DNA from: Camelus ferus
Lineage: Eukaryota
Reading direction: 5' to 3'
DNA: 64,000 nucleotides
Assembly (NCBI RefSeq): GCF_009834535.1
Contig: NC_045704.1
Span: 39,494,001 to 39,558,000, forward strand
In this document: piece by piece, positions 25,861 through 38,699 of the stretch
Layout: every line of letters starts with the position of its first letter
How positions within the stretch are numbered: the stretch's first letter is position 1
Position numbers and translations under genes: made by a program
The notes under the pieces: model-generated
Database searches by the model: none
What the model was told of the DNA's origin: nothing
The model's input: the letters and a program-made list of their open reading frames with translations, nothing else

Positions 25861-27019
25861 TTCTCCTAACACCACGTGTTTTCACATTCAGTATGTTAGA
25901 ATAGGTGAGTCCTTAGCTCCCAGCACTAACCTATTCATTTTGTGCAAGAAGAAACGGAAGTCCAGGGAAAAGTACATCACAGTGTGACCTTGATGAAACT
26001 AGCAGTGACTGGCCAAATGAAAGCATGAAACTCAGAGAAGGATGAATGTGCTCAGCACACCAGGTACAGCATCACCCTGTTTCAGACTGCTGGAAGATAA
26101 TCAGCGTTCAAAAGGCTGAGAATAATATACCCAAGCAACAGAGGGAGGAAATTCTAGTAGGCAGTCTACTAGGGTGAAAGCAAAGGCAATGTGTAACCCA
26201 AAGAGGTCCAAGGACATCTTCCTCTACAGAGCACATGAGCCCATTCATCCTGGTGGCATCTTAGGGAACAGATAGAACAGGAACCGACATCCCGTCCAGA
26301 AATCAGCACACCACCATCCTCTAGTTGCCAGGGGCCCTCAGGAAACATTATACCACATTGGAAGTTAGCCAAAACTTGTTAACTGACACGTATCTAAACC
26401 AACTGTGCGAAGGAACGGGAAAAGACATGAACTATTTATAATGAGACTTGGGTCAAAACTAGAATGGAGTCTAATAAACCTGCAAAAATAGAATCATCAG
26501 CCCCGGCTCACAGTGCTGCAGCACAACCGCAGTGATGTCTTTGGATCACTATGAATTTGGAAGGAGCTCACCAACATGATTTGACTCTGCAAGCAGAAAT
26601 GTACTGAAGAGTGTGGCTCAGCATCGTTCGTCTAAGCTCAGGAATCATGAGGACAGCAATCTGAAACTCACAGGGAGTGTTATCTGTTCATGACTACAGA
26701 TGTCTGTCACCGCCCTGATCAGCCAAATGCTTTTAAAGATGGGAGAGATGGAATACAAGAAAACCTAACTCTTTATGTAGAATACGTTTCACAAGTTGGG
26801 TAAGATTTAAGAGGGAACTTTATTTATGACAGTATAGAAGTTAGAATGTGTGATCATTCCTCCACAAAACACAGTATTTTGCAGGCTAGCTTGTGAATTT
26901 CTCCACCATATGACAAAAAGCCATGTTAAATTATAGCCTTCCTCTCTGAGAATTCAAATTAGTTTAAGACTGAGTCCTAAGGAGAACAACACTACTCTGT
27001 AAAGGAGGACAAAAACAGT

Positions 27020-27120
27020 GTCTGTTTTATTAACTGCTTTATTTCCAATTCCCAGGGTAGTGCCTAGCACGTAGTGAACATTAAATAAACAGGTGTTGAA
27101 TGAATATGTGAGTGAATGAA
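27020..27120 (+). mobile_element. L2 3' end
   Basis: GTGCCTAGCACGTAGT...TGTTGAATGAAT...GAATGAA. Confidence 0.7.
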
Positions 27121-27279
27121 GATATGCTCTGTTATTAATAACCTCAGAGGACAGTGGAGGAGAAATCCCTTGACTCAAGACGGGTACTCGTGTCTGCCTT
27201 AGTGGTTACCACACAGTCTTGCAGAGAAAAGCAAAGAAAACTTCACAGCCACTGTTAAGTACTCCCGGGCTCTGTTCAC

Positions 27280-27520
27280 AGATGAGAGGAACAAGGGATT
27301 TTATGAACGACTAGAAATTAGCTAGATGGAAAATAGAGGGAGCAGAAGGCGTATATTCCAGACGGAAGCAAAGGAGAGTAGATGTAAAGGGCATCATTGG
27401 TTCTGCATGTTCAACCTAAAGGATGTATAAAATCAGAACAATGTAGAAGGGAGGGAGTGATGGAAGATGAAGTTGGGGAGATAGACATCTATCATCATTG
27501 CCTTTTTTAAAGCACACTGC
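27280..27520 (-). mobile_element. L2 fragment
   Basis: GAAATTAGCTAGATGG...ATTCCAGACGGAAGCAAAGG...GAAGATGAAGTTGGGGAG. Confidence 0.5.
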
Positions 27521-28027
27521 CACTGGTTTTTAAAAAATACATTTGAAGTCTGTGTATCTAGAATCTACTGTCTTCATAATCTGGCTATTTACTAAGGTGC
27601 TCCTAGTTCAAAAACCATATCATTCCATCAGCCCTCAAATATCCCATCTGCCTGAATATGGAGAGCTGAATGCAAGTGGATCAGGAGACAGAAGACCCAG
27701 TCCTGTGGAAACCTACAACTTTTAGGTCCTCTTTAGAGTTATCCATGGATTATATTATGGTAATGAGGGTTATATTCAAAGAACTTAAGTTACCCGAATA
27801 CTCTTCTCATTTCTCCTTCCCCCCTGTTTTACTCATGGCCAGTGTTTACTGATACATTCAATCATTGGCCTTTCAGGTATGGAGCAGCTAAACAAGATAC
27901 CATTAGTTATCATCCAAGTCCTTACTTTGGGTTCCTTTTTAATAATCTTGTTTGTTGCACTGGGTGAATGAAAGAGATTCAGGGGGCTCAGAAATCTGTA
28001 GAAGGAGGAGAGAAAGAGGGGAAGGAA

Positions 28028-28270
28028 ACTAGTATTTAGTGAATGCCTCCTGTTTACCAGACACTAAACTTACCACATTTTAATTGTATTTTACTTAAAG
28101 TAATATTTTTTTATTCAAAACAACATAGGGGTAATTATTTTCGTTTTATAGATAAAGGCGTAAGGGTGTTCAGTGATTCATGCAAGTTCTCCCAGTTCGT
28201 ATTCAGAAGAGCTAGGGTTCAAAACGAAATGTTCTTAACCAGGAAGTCTGTGTTATTCTATATTCCACAG
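28028..28270 (-). mobile_element. MIR, near full length
   Basis: TATTTAGTGAATGCCTCCTG...TTTTATAGATAAAG...AGAGCTAGGGTTCAAA. Confidence 0.7.
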
Positions 28271-30849
28271 GGGCTCTCTTTTATCATTCATTCTAATTCA
28301 TCCCAAGTCAACTTTTTAAATGTTTATCTATGCGTGTGTCCCTTCTACTGTGTCCAAATTATTTCTCTGCCTTCTCTATACACTTGAACAAACTGAAGGA
28401 TCCAAAGCCCATGATGTGTGTTATTCGGGTCACATCCCTAGATGGAATGTCACATATGCCCAATGTTGTGTCTATAAAGTGCTCAAATTAATTCAAAATG
28501 CAAACTTCTGTGCTGAAAGGAGATGAAATGACTGTCAACTACATGTAATACTTTTGTAGAAAAGGAGAATTTGCATAGACTGACAGCTCATTTTGTTTCC
28601 ACATTCAATTTTAATATCTGGTTGTGCTTACCAAAGGGCAGTCATGTTTATTTGGCACCCACAAAATCCCAAGGCCTATTTTGATGCTTGCAAATAGATG
28701 ATAAATCAGTAAATAACATTATTCTTTAATGGCACACACAACAAAGTGGTCCAAACGAGATTTGATAAAGAAAAAACATTTCCCTGAGTAATTGTTTATA
28801 CTCCCCCTGATGTTCAAGTGATCCTTTTATTGTTTTATTTTTCTTTTGAAGTAAACATCTCAGAAAGCAAAATTCTCAAAAAAAAAAAAAAAGTTTCTAT
28901 GCCTGCCTATAAGATAACTAAGATAACTTCAAGATAACTAACCATGTGCCAATTTATCTCTTGGTTTTTCTCTTTCAAAAATCTTCAGAATTAGAATTCT
29001 CTATAAGGATCAGAAGTGATTGCTAGCAAATTGATAGCAAAGCTCTGTTCATAACTTTGAATAGCATATGGACAGCTACACATACAAGCATGTGCAACGT
29101 GTCTAAATTATATCTGCAGGAGTCAGTAATCTCAGAACTAAATTGTCTTCAAAAATATACACTGAAAAGATACTGTGCCATGCTGTATCTGACCAGAGCA
29201 ATACTTTTAGGATCTTTAATTTTTGCAAAGGGAATTCTTAACTTTTGAAGGTATTCCTGTATTATGATTTTAAAAAGAAAAGCAAACATGCAAAAATGAT
29301 ACAGAGACTATACAAAAAAGAAGAATTTTCCGAAAACTACTTAAGCAGAGAAAATCTAGTTTTCTGAACCAAACTATATAGTTATACTTAACTTGGAAAG
29401 TGCAAGTACAGATCTGTTATCTATTTTTCTTAGCTTGTACATCGTCCTTAATTACAGTTTAGACGACAAAATGAAACATAAATGGCTTTTTATCAACGAA
29501 ACATTGCTGGAAGCATAAACAATAAATTATGAATTACTGAAGCAGAAGCCTTTTTGGATCATGTATGCATAATGCTATTCTGCAGATTCGGAATCCCAGT
29601 TGGCCCTTCTGTTTCATGCAAATTGAGCACTACCTTTCATGATTCAACACTGAGGAAAAACACCATGCTTCGTATGGGTAAAAGCGAACACCTTATATGA
29701 AAAAGACCTCTTTGTCGATGGTTGGGGCTGTGCAGGAGCCCACTGTGGGAGCAGGGCAGGCAGGGTCGCCATAGTGGAGACACACAGGTGCAAGTATTCA
29801 TTATCGCACTCACGCAAGCACACAGTTGTCACTCGCTGCTTAGGTCTGGTTGCCAGAGAAACCCAGCCATCGTGAAGCTGCTGCAGCTGAGGGATGGCGG
29901 CTTTTGTAAAGGCCGCTTGAGGAAAGAGATGCTATTCAGACAAGTCCTCTGTTTCAAAGCAGCTTGGTATAATGGAAGAACTTATAGAGGCCCACGGTGG
30001 CCAGAAAGAGGACAATGGGCCTACCAAGGTGGTCCTCTTTGCTGTGTGGAGTAACAGGAAGGGTTTTCATGCCCACTTCAGCCCAGATCAGGCAGAGCTG
30101 TTCTAAGGTGGAGGAGAGAAGGACTCTGTTTGCCTCTAAACCTGCATTCTGAATACAGGCAGGGCGTGCATGAGGATTCAGCTGGAGAAACGATGGAAGA
30201 CAGAGGGTCAGCTCTGGCTGACTCAGAATGAGGGAAATCCACTTCCACTGTCAAACAGTGAATTTTAGTTTTGTGACAAGGGGACTCTGAGATAAGCTGA
30301 CATTCAGAAGAGCAAAGGACGGCTGTCTTTAATTTTCCAACTTATGTGAAATGATTCCCAGAGTGTGCGCTGGGAGGTTGTGGGTGATTTAAAACAACTT
30401 GATACACCAGAATGGAGGGTCACGTCAACAATGTCCGTTGGACACAGAGTCATCTCCTTCTGTGTGTAGAAAGCTGCGTTTCATTTTGGCAAAGGAGAAG
30501 GAAAAGACAGTCTGCATATTTAAAACCAGATCAGGAATCCCAACTATTTTATTTTGTGGCTGATAAATATTATTATTCCCCTACCTTCTCCTCCTGTAAA
30601 TCTATCCCTTTTCTGTCTCTGTGGTAACACCCTTTAGGCTGCAGTACACTGCAGTGCCTGCTAGTGAGGGTCAGGTCAGGGTTTTCACGACTACCGAGGC
30701 CATTTTCAGAATTACTGTACAAAGTTAAAAAATCAGCCGAGTTAAAGCTGCAAAGAGTCCTGGTTGAGAATAATAAGCCAGAAGAGAGAGAACACGGCAT
30801 GGAAATGTAGGAATTGATGGATTCACATAAATAGGATCTTGTTCCCCTA

Positions 30850-31010
30850 CTGATGAGTTTTTTCCTATGTGCCAGACATCGTGCTAAGAGCTGTGTGAGC
30901 CCTCGGTTGCTCGCACCCATCACAGCACACCTATGGGGTGGACTGGTAGTGTCGTCCTGGTATTACAGATGAGGAAACTGAGGCTTAAAATAACTTCCTG
31001 TAGTCAGTGT
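30850..31010 (-). mobile_element. MIR
   Basis: CTATGTGCCAGACATCGTGCTAAG...TTACAGATGAGGAAACTGAGGCT. Confidence 0.85.
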
Positions 31011-31814
31011 TCTCACAAGGGATGCTTCTAGAGGATAAAAAGACATGAAACACACAGTGATTGAAGTTGGCCATTCAGCTGAGATGGAAACCCCACAACA
31101 CCAAACATGAATTATACTCTAAACAGGTAACCACATAATGGACACTGAGATATAACCCAAGGCACACTTATGTCAAAGCCCTAGTCAGCATCTACAAGAT
31201 TCAAATGATCACAATAATAATAATTATCACTCATTATCACAAGCATGCCTTTAGAGTGAGGTTCTTACCAATAGACTTTTGTTTAAAAAAAAAAAAAGTC
31301 AGCAAGAAGAGAAAAAAAACTTAGGTCGTCAGATACTCGGGTTCCCCTGCTGTCATTGCTTAAACGTAATCAAGCTGTAAATGAGGCCAGCTCTCCTGTC
31401 TACTTGTTTCCTTCCCACAAGCCCTCTTTAGGGAGCGAAGTTTTATGTTTATTCTCATTTCTCTACACACGTGATTCAAATAGTTCAGTATAAAACAGGA
31501 AGACTCCCATTTCTCCAGCCTGCTTTCTGGCAGTTGCAATTAAGCCTTTTAACTACGGTGTGCAGGATAGAGAAGACCAGGTTTCTGCAGACCTTAAGTT
31601 TTCTGCATGCAAGATATTTCTGTATCTGGAAAAGGTCCATTTATCTTCCTTGACTTGTTATATTTAATTGTTGAGTAGCTTCCTAAAATATGGTCAGTCA
31701 AACTCCTTTTGTTTATAAATTAACCCACCAGGAAGATGGAGAAACCAATGTCTGGGCTGTGTAATTGAGAAGATTCAAGGTGCTCTGGTTGTTCAGTGTG
31801 TGCATGTGATGAGA

Positions 31815-31872
31815 GTGACGTCACATTGTTGACCTTTGCTTTCCCCTTTATCTGTATCAAAGGGGGCTTTCC
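31815..31872. promoter_or_regulatory. Candidate intronic enhancer motif cluster (CRE, NBRE, TCF/LEF, NF-kB)
   Basis: GTGACGTCAC 31815-31824; TGACCTTT 31830-31837; ATCAAAG 31856-31862; GGGGCTTTCC 31863-31872. Motif matches only. Confidence 0.4.
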
Positions 31873-32729
31873 TATTCTGGCAGAAATATTATTCTCATAT
31901 ATTCAGAAAGAGAATTATTTGTGAAATCACTCAGCTGTGTAGGAGACAAGGGACAGTTAATTTCTATTTCATTTTGTTTTTGGTTATGAATTAGTCAGCT
32001 GAAAACTGCAGAAGGACCAATCTGTATGAGAGAGGAGAAAGATCACAGTAACTTTGGGTTCAAAGACACGCTGCAAGTTCCTTAGAAAATGCCAGACATG
32101 GAAACCGTCTCCCTCAAAGAGCCAACTAAAAAGGCGGATCATCTGTCCCTCAATTACGGATTTGAATACATTGACTCTCTCAAAATCGTAACCTTCATCT
32201 GATGGGCTGAGACTTGTAAATCGTGATGCACTTGTTGGAGAAACACCAGCTATTGACCGTTTCAAATTCCATCTAAATAGGACTATACCATTTGATTCTC
32301 TCCATGTTTCAAACATAAAATATACCATAGTTTTAAACTACGTCACATCTAGTATTTGAAAACTTTCTGGTGGTTTTGTTTTCTCTCATCATTAACAAGG
32401 AACGAACAGGCTCACACATTTTCTATTTATCTACCTACTTACCAACATATCTCCAATATTTTAAATCTGACAACTTCTTTCCAATACTTTGTTTCTACAT
32501 GTTAAGAGAAGAAAAATAGGGTGTTTTTTTTTTTCCTGTTTTTACAGAAACTACCCAGATGCCAGATGCCAGATGCCAAAAAAAGCAATGGTCTATGGAA
32601 TAAAACTCATGAATTTCTGACCTAGGAAGAGGGAAATAGATTATAAACTTGACATAGCTATTCTAAAGACCTGTGAGTTCATGATATATTCTATGGAGAT
32701 GTTGAATATTTGGATCCTAAATCCAAAAT

Positions 32730-32865
32730 CACAGTCAACATATGTCCTGGTTTCCACAAGACAGTCCTGGTTTATGGTTTTTCCAGGCATAAATATAAAT
32801 ATAAATAGCAACCCCTTTCACTTTAAAAAAATGTCCCAGTTGGAATAATAAATTATATGGTACTT
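32730..32865 (-). mobile_element. hAT MITE, MER94-like
   Basis: CATATGTCCTGGTTT...ACAGTCCTGGTTTA...CCCCTTTCACT...TGTCCCAGTTGGA...AAATTATATGGT. Confidence 0.75.
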
Positions 32866-32973
32866 TTGCAAAATAAATCAACACATAATTTTAAATAAAC
32901 AATTGTGGCACAGAGAGTGCTCTGTCTCAAGTAATTTTGCAATGCCTGGCATCTTTTTTTCTCAGTTATTACG

Positions 32974-32997
32974 CACACACACACACACACACACACA
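32974..32997. repeat. (CA)n microsatellite
   Basis: Direct read. Confidence 0.95.
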
Positions 32998-34834
32998 TCT
33001 ACACCTGTGAGGTAAGTCAAAACTTCTATTTTCTAGTTTCAAAATAAAACAGATAACCCACATGCCTATAAATACTCTATTACAGGCTTTGTTGAAATGT
33101 GTGATGAGGCAAAAAGAGGTTTCCTCAGTGTATAAACTTATTATTTTACAAAGTAAAATTCTAAAAATTAGAGAAAACACTTGAAATTCATTTACTGCAG
33201 GACTAAAATCTTGTCTTTAAAGGATTTAGTCCATAATAAATACAGTACAAAACTACACTTTCGTAGGTGCCCCGTGACAACCTCTCATTTGCCCAACACG
33301 TGTCTTTGCAGTGCCTTTGATGGGCCGTACCCGCAACAGGCATTTCTCGAAAAGTGCAGAACGCGCAGAAAGCGCCAAGGAGCTCAGAACCTTCGGGATG
33401 GGAAAACATTTCTTCACAGAGAATTTTTAAATGTAGGGCATTTGATACACAAAAATAATGACTGATACCTATCAGCTCACAATCAAAGTAAGCGTGGGCC
33501 ACACTTCTGCAGGCTTCCGGTTCAGTTTGGGATTTCCAAGGGGGCTCTCATCTTAGACATAGTCATGTGACTTTCACTAAAAAGAAATCTTGGCAGCATT
33601 AAGCAAAAAACAAAGACAACGTACCTGAATTAGAGCTCCTAATTTAGAGAGGCTAACACATGTCCCTCCATTATTGAGGCAAAAGATCAAGATTTTGTCT
33701 CCTTAGTTTTTATAATAGTGGAAGCCAACTAAATGAGTAATATCTGTATAACAACTTTCTCATTTCCTTTTCCGTGATGCACCCATATTTATCAAGGCAT
33801 CCCCATAGAGCTAAGTAGCATTAAGTTTAGAGGTGAGGCCAGAATATATTTAACAAGAGCCATAAAATGTTGTTTTACTTCACAAAGCAAGTTTTATCAA
33901 AATCTGCTACCTCCCTGAAACAAAACAGAGCAAATGATCCAAACAATTGTCATGAACCAAATTTTACTCTTCTGAGTATGGCTTCTATATAGAACATTCA
34001 GAAATCTAAACAGATGTCTATAGGAAAGCCAGAGGACAGCCCCAGACAATACATTTACTTTGCTAATCATTCTGAAACAGCTGAAACTAAGACTTAAATA
34101 CATCTGAGCCCAAATAAACAGCTAAAAATCCTTGTTAAATACACAGCAGCTTACGAAAGAAAAATGTACATGATAGACTTTTTAAAATGATCTATGACCT
34201 TCATATGTAATAGACAATAGTTAAGCAAGACGGTTAATCCGAACTTGGTTCTCAAGAAATAATGAAATATATTAAATGCTCTCCATGAGTAAAAGACTTA
34301 ACAACAAAATCAGTTCATGTTAGCTCCAAAATATTTGTCCTTCAAGAAGGATTTTCTGATCTAATTGCTATCGTCAAAGTTTGGTACAGGCTTAAAACAA
34401 ACACCCCTAATGTGTACCCACAAACCAAGCAAAATTAGAATAGACTTTCCATACGGACTCGGTAAACATTCAGTTAAAACTTAACAGCTGCAAAGCAGAA
34501 GCCAACTCCTCCTGTCAGATGTCTCAGTATCTCAAAATTGCTGGAACTTTCACAGGGGTTAAATCTTACTGTTCATTTTTGTTTTTTTAAGTAAGGTGAT
34601 TGAGGTATTCCCTGGGATAAAATTAACGCCCACATTCACAATTTCCTTGTCTATTGTTTCAATATTGGAAAGAGGAAGTGATGTAATTACCATGCCATTA
34701 GGCTGATAAAGCTAAGTTTCAATGCCTCATGGGTGAAAAAAAATTATTTTACTGATATTTTCAGTCAAATTATGAAATCACATCCTATTTTCCAATTTAT
34801 AGCCTACTCTGTTTTACAGTGCTAACATATTTAC

Positions 34835-34952
34835 CTTCATTTTTCCTGATGGTAAAATTCGGATTGTTGACCATTTCTGGAAGAAGACTGTATAAGAAAT
34901 AATGTCCGTTTTTGGGGTCATCTTTGTCCATGGCACTCACTGTTTGAATGAC
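34835..34952 (-). CDS. CDH8: Cadherin-8 exon 10 (EC5): [39 protein letters not shown] + first base of next codon
   Basis: 118 bp (39 codons + 1 nt); acceptor TTTTATGTTACAG|GTC and donor GAAG|GTAAAT on the minus strand; peptide matches recalled CDH8 EC5 with the cadherin A-x-D-x-D motif. Confidence 0.97.
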
Positions 34953-34976
34953 CTGTAACATAAAACTTGACGTCAG
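34953..34976 (-). promoter_or_regulatory. CDH8: Exon 10 3' splice site: branch point CTGAC (A at -21), short U-rich tract, CAG
   Basis: Minus strand GCTGACGTCAAGTTTTATGTTACAG|G. Confidence 0.75.
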
Positions 34977-36329
34977 CATTTCTGATGACATCAGAGGGCT
35001 CCCACTGCCTTTAAAAGCTGAGTGACATTCCTTTAATGGACCAACAGTTCAGTCCAAGGAATCTTTTTCAGTTTTCTAAATTCTTATGGATGGTTTGTGC
35101 CAGGAATAAGGAGAAACATTCATCACTTTAAAAACCTCAGCTTTGATAAAGTTGATGAAAATTAAGGTCATTACTTTTGTGCCCATTTGGTATCTGTGGC
35201 TTGAAATAGTAAATTTAAGGGTATTTGAAAATTCCACGGGGCAATTGCAGGTTTCTTTCCAATTGAGTATCTTTGGGCTTCTGGAATGAAACCTGGAATT
35301 GTTACAGTGATTGCAGTGTGACTCTTGGGAGGATCTTAGTGGTAAAGGCCTTGACTCTGGAATCCTCACAACTCTTCTCATTTCACTCATTAGGTTACAA
35401 ACGTTTGCCAAATAGAATGTTCCTCGGCACAAACATCACTGCAGCAAACCTTTCTGAAGAGTTGCATCTGTTCCCTCCCAGTAATGAATACTGTTTTAAA
35501 GCTAGTGGATAACACATGCAAACAATGCTTTGGAGTGTATCCTGAGATGAATAAATTACAGGGATGAGAAGAACTACCACTGTGTGGGGAACTGTTTGAA
35601 TAGATACATATACTTGGAATCGGTGCCAGTTGAATGTGCTTATTTCATTTGCAAAGCTGCGTTAACTTAGCGCTAAGATGTTTCTTAGGACGTCAAAGAA
35701 TTAGCTTAATAATTCATATTTATGATTCTTTGATATTAATCACTGCAATATGAAACACTGGGCAACAGCTAATGTAGTAAAAAATTATAGCTTACCCCAC
35801 TACTGTAAATAGCTACAACAGAATTTCTACCAAAAAATGCCTATGAAGCATGACAGTCAAGATGATATCAGATGTACCATAAAAAAATTAACAGGGAAAT
35901 GCTCTCAGCTTTGTGAAGTTTAGAGAAGTGTAATTATGATACCTCTAGGTTATATCTGTTTGAACAATTATGTCCCATTCAACTTCGCCAATATCACTAA
36001 GGAGAAAAAAATGAATCACTTCTTTTTGAGAAAGGGGTGTCATTGCCTTGTAACTTATCACCTAAACAAGAGGAGAACCACAATTTAAGGACATTGTCAA
36101 TAGCTGTGAAGTTTTGTGCTGTATCAGATGCACATGCTCTAAGGTAAGCAGTGCATCAAGGTTATTTGAGGCATAAATGAAATAATGTCTCTCAACGTCT
36201 ATTTCTCCATTTTTTAAATGGAACACATCCTTCCTTTGTAGGTTTGGGACCTTGCGAAACGTCCTATCATGGTACTTCGCTTGAGTAACAGTATAACAAA
36301 AAATAGCACAAAATATAACTCATGGTTAA

Positions 36330-36590
36330 GACAGTGAGATAGTCATTAAGGTGCTAGACTCTGAAATAAAGCTGCCTCCGTAAAAGTCACAGTCGCATCC
36401 TTTGCTCACTGCAGGACGTGGAGGGACTCCATACACTCTTTCAGAAACTCAGTTTACTCGTATTCCTAAGTTTTAAATAAAAATAATACTTTTCTCGTAG
36501 GGTCATTTTCATTCTTAATGTAAATCCACGTCAGTCTCTTAATACAGTGTCTGGTTCCTAGTAAACGTTCAGTGAGTATTAGTTCTCATC
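36330..36590 (+). mobile_element. MIR, near full length
   Basis: GTGCTAGACTCTGAA...CTCAGTTTACTC...ACAGTGTCTGG...TAGTAAACGTTCAGT. Confidence 0.7.
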
Positions 36591-37339
36591 ACTATGTATT
36601 ATTTTTTTATTAAGGTCACTACCATGTATTCATGACATAGCACCTTAATAAACATAACAACTTTAATGTTATGCAAACAGGGCCTCTTCTCCATCAGATT
36701 CGTCGGGAATGCAGTTGTATTCACTGTATCTAAACAGCTAGCATATTTGCCTTGACACTGAAGTGCAGAGAGATGTCCCTAGGCTTCCAGTTTTATTAAA
36801 AAAGTATTAAAGTACAAGGGGCAAAGCGTGAAACACAGATGACTCACAGTCAGCCTGCATGTACAGATATTCAACAGACGAAGTTGACAAGAGCCTTCTT
36901 CCAGGCAGTTATGAACAGAGGGGGAAACAGTTAACTTGTGAGCACACGGAGCATCCCCTTCTCCCTTTACCCAATTTTGTTTTAAAAGACTTCAGTTCCC
37001 ACCTGTGCCTGTTGAAGAAGTAGTTCCTGAAGTGTGTGAGCAAAAGCAAATGGAGAGAGGATTTCCTGATGTTCTAGGGTGGAAATCATTCGTAACAAAA
37101 TGCATTCTCAAAGCGTATTTAAGGGCTCGAACCCCTGTGAGTAACGCCGCTCCTACTGTTTCTAAGTAATCTGCGTGAAAAAGGCTCACACATGCTGCTT
37201 CACGCACCCGCGTGTTAAGGTAAGCCACGGCAACCAAAACGAAAGATGCAATCAGGTAGCTTACCTGAAGTCAAGGAGTATAAGCCCCTGTCATACCACA
37301 TCTCAGAAGTACGGCCTAAACGTTACACCTGCAATGAGT

Positions 37340-37497
37340 ATTTTTTTCCACCATGTATTTAGGCCAGGAACTCGGTTAGACATGCAACTTCTTGAGCCTG
37401 CTGAACCAAAAAGGCTTGGGGCAGGGCCTAGAAATCTGCATTTTAAGCAGTCTTCTAAGTGATTCTGATGCACACGCTTAAGTCTGGAATCCACTTT
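37340..37497. mobile_element. MER5A-like hAT-Charlie MITE
   Basis: GGGGCAGGGCCTAGAAATCTGCATTTTAA...GTGATTCTGATGCACAC. Confidence 0.75.
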
Positions 37498-38699
37498 TTT
37501 GAGCCAAGGGACAAAACTGGTATTATAGGTACCTTGTTATTATTCACCAGGGGAGTCTGTATTGCCAAGCTGACATCAAACTCAGTGCATGATGTGTTGG
37601 GGGCAGAAAAAGTGATGAAATGGTGAATTTCTAAATTAATTTCCAAATATCCCATGAACTGGCTATGGTTAAGACTTTGGTTTAAACCATTTTTGACACT
37701 TCATTTCATTTTAATGCAGATGGCCACTGTCTGGTCATTTTTACCTTAAAATGCCTGGCAGATCACTTGAAGGATTTTATGCTATTAAAATGTACAAAGT
37801 TACCCATATTAAAAAGGCTGAAATGTCCATTGATGTAGTAACATCTGAGCACATTTGGCTTTAAACAATAGAAGACAAAGAAGAGAATTATTGAAGGAAG
37901 TGCTCCTGCACACAAGCAGATTTTATTTCAACTCACAACCGAGTTGATGACAAATGAAAACTGCACATATTCCCCACTGTGAGCTACTCTGACATCAGTT
38001 AATTTTTAAGTAATTGGACAACTGTTTCGTGAAAATGTTATAAAAATTTCTGGAGAGGACATAGATTTTTAGGAATACATATATAGTTTAGTAGTTTAAA
38101 TATTGACCTTTCTACCAATGATGGTAGGTTGCTATTGAAAAATCGAATGTTTGGTAATTTACTGTCCTTAATTTTATGGGAATGAAAGCTAAAATGCATC
38201 TCTATCAGAAAAACAAAGTATATCTGGGGTGTTGCATAAGGAAATGATCTTGGGGACATGTTTGGATTTCAGCGGGAGTGGACTCTGATCTATTTTTTGA
38301 AATTACTGATTTGAAATCAAATGACATTTCTAAAGCATCACATGAAAAAAAAATGTTTTTGAGAATTATGAGCCATATCATAATTTTGACTCTGTTTTTA
38401 GAGAAACCACTCAGTTTATCAATAACACTAAAGCTAAGTTAGATTGTTTTTCTTCGTATAGTTTATTAAACTTTATTTTATACTTTTATACTAACTCAAA
38501 AATATTTAATAGCAGCAGGGTTTCACTGTCATTATCAACTTTTTAAAAGGCGAGCAGCCAGCAAACACGCACATTTCTGATTATCTGATCTGTTAACAAC
38601 CTTAAAACTCTCACGGACTCTATTAGAACATCCCCTATGAGTTCCTGCAGGCATTACTCAATTGATTTGTTCTTAGGTGATGAGTTGGGGTTTTTTCCC

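Noticed and set aside
31984-32328. 114-aa ORF on the CDH8 strand downstream of exon 10 (possible alternative last exon)
   Set aside because: No recognisable domain, no convincing pyrimidine tract before any phase-compatible AG, and this length is expected by chance.
34797-34834. Exon 10 read-through tail [12 protein letters not shown]
   Set aside because: Every intron start reads to some stop; I saw no nearby minus-strand AATAAA and recall no matching isoform.
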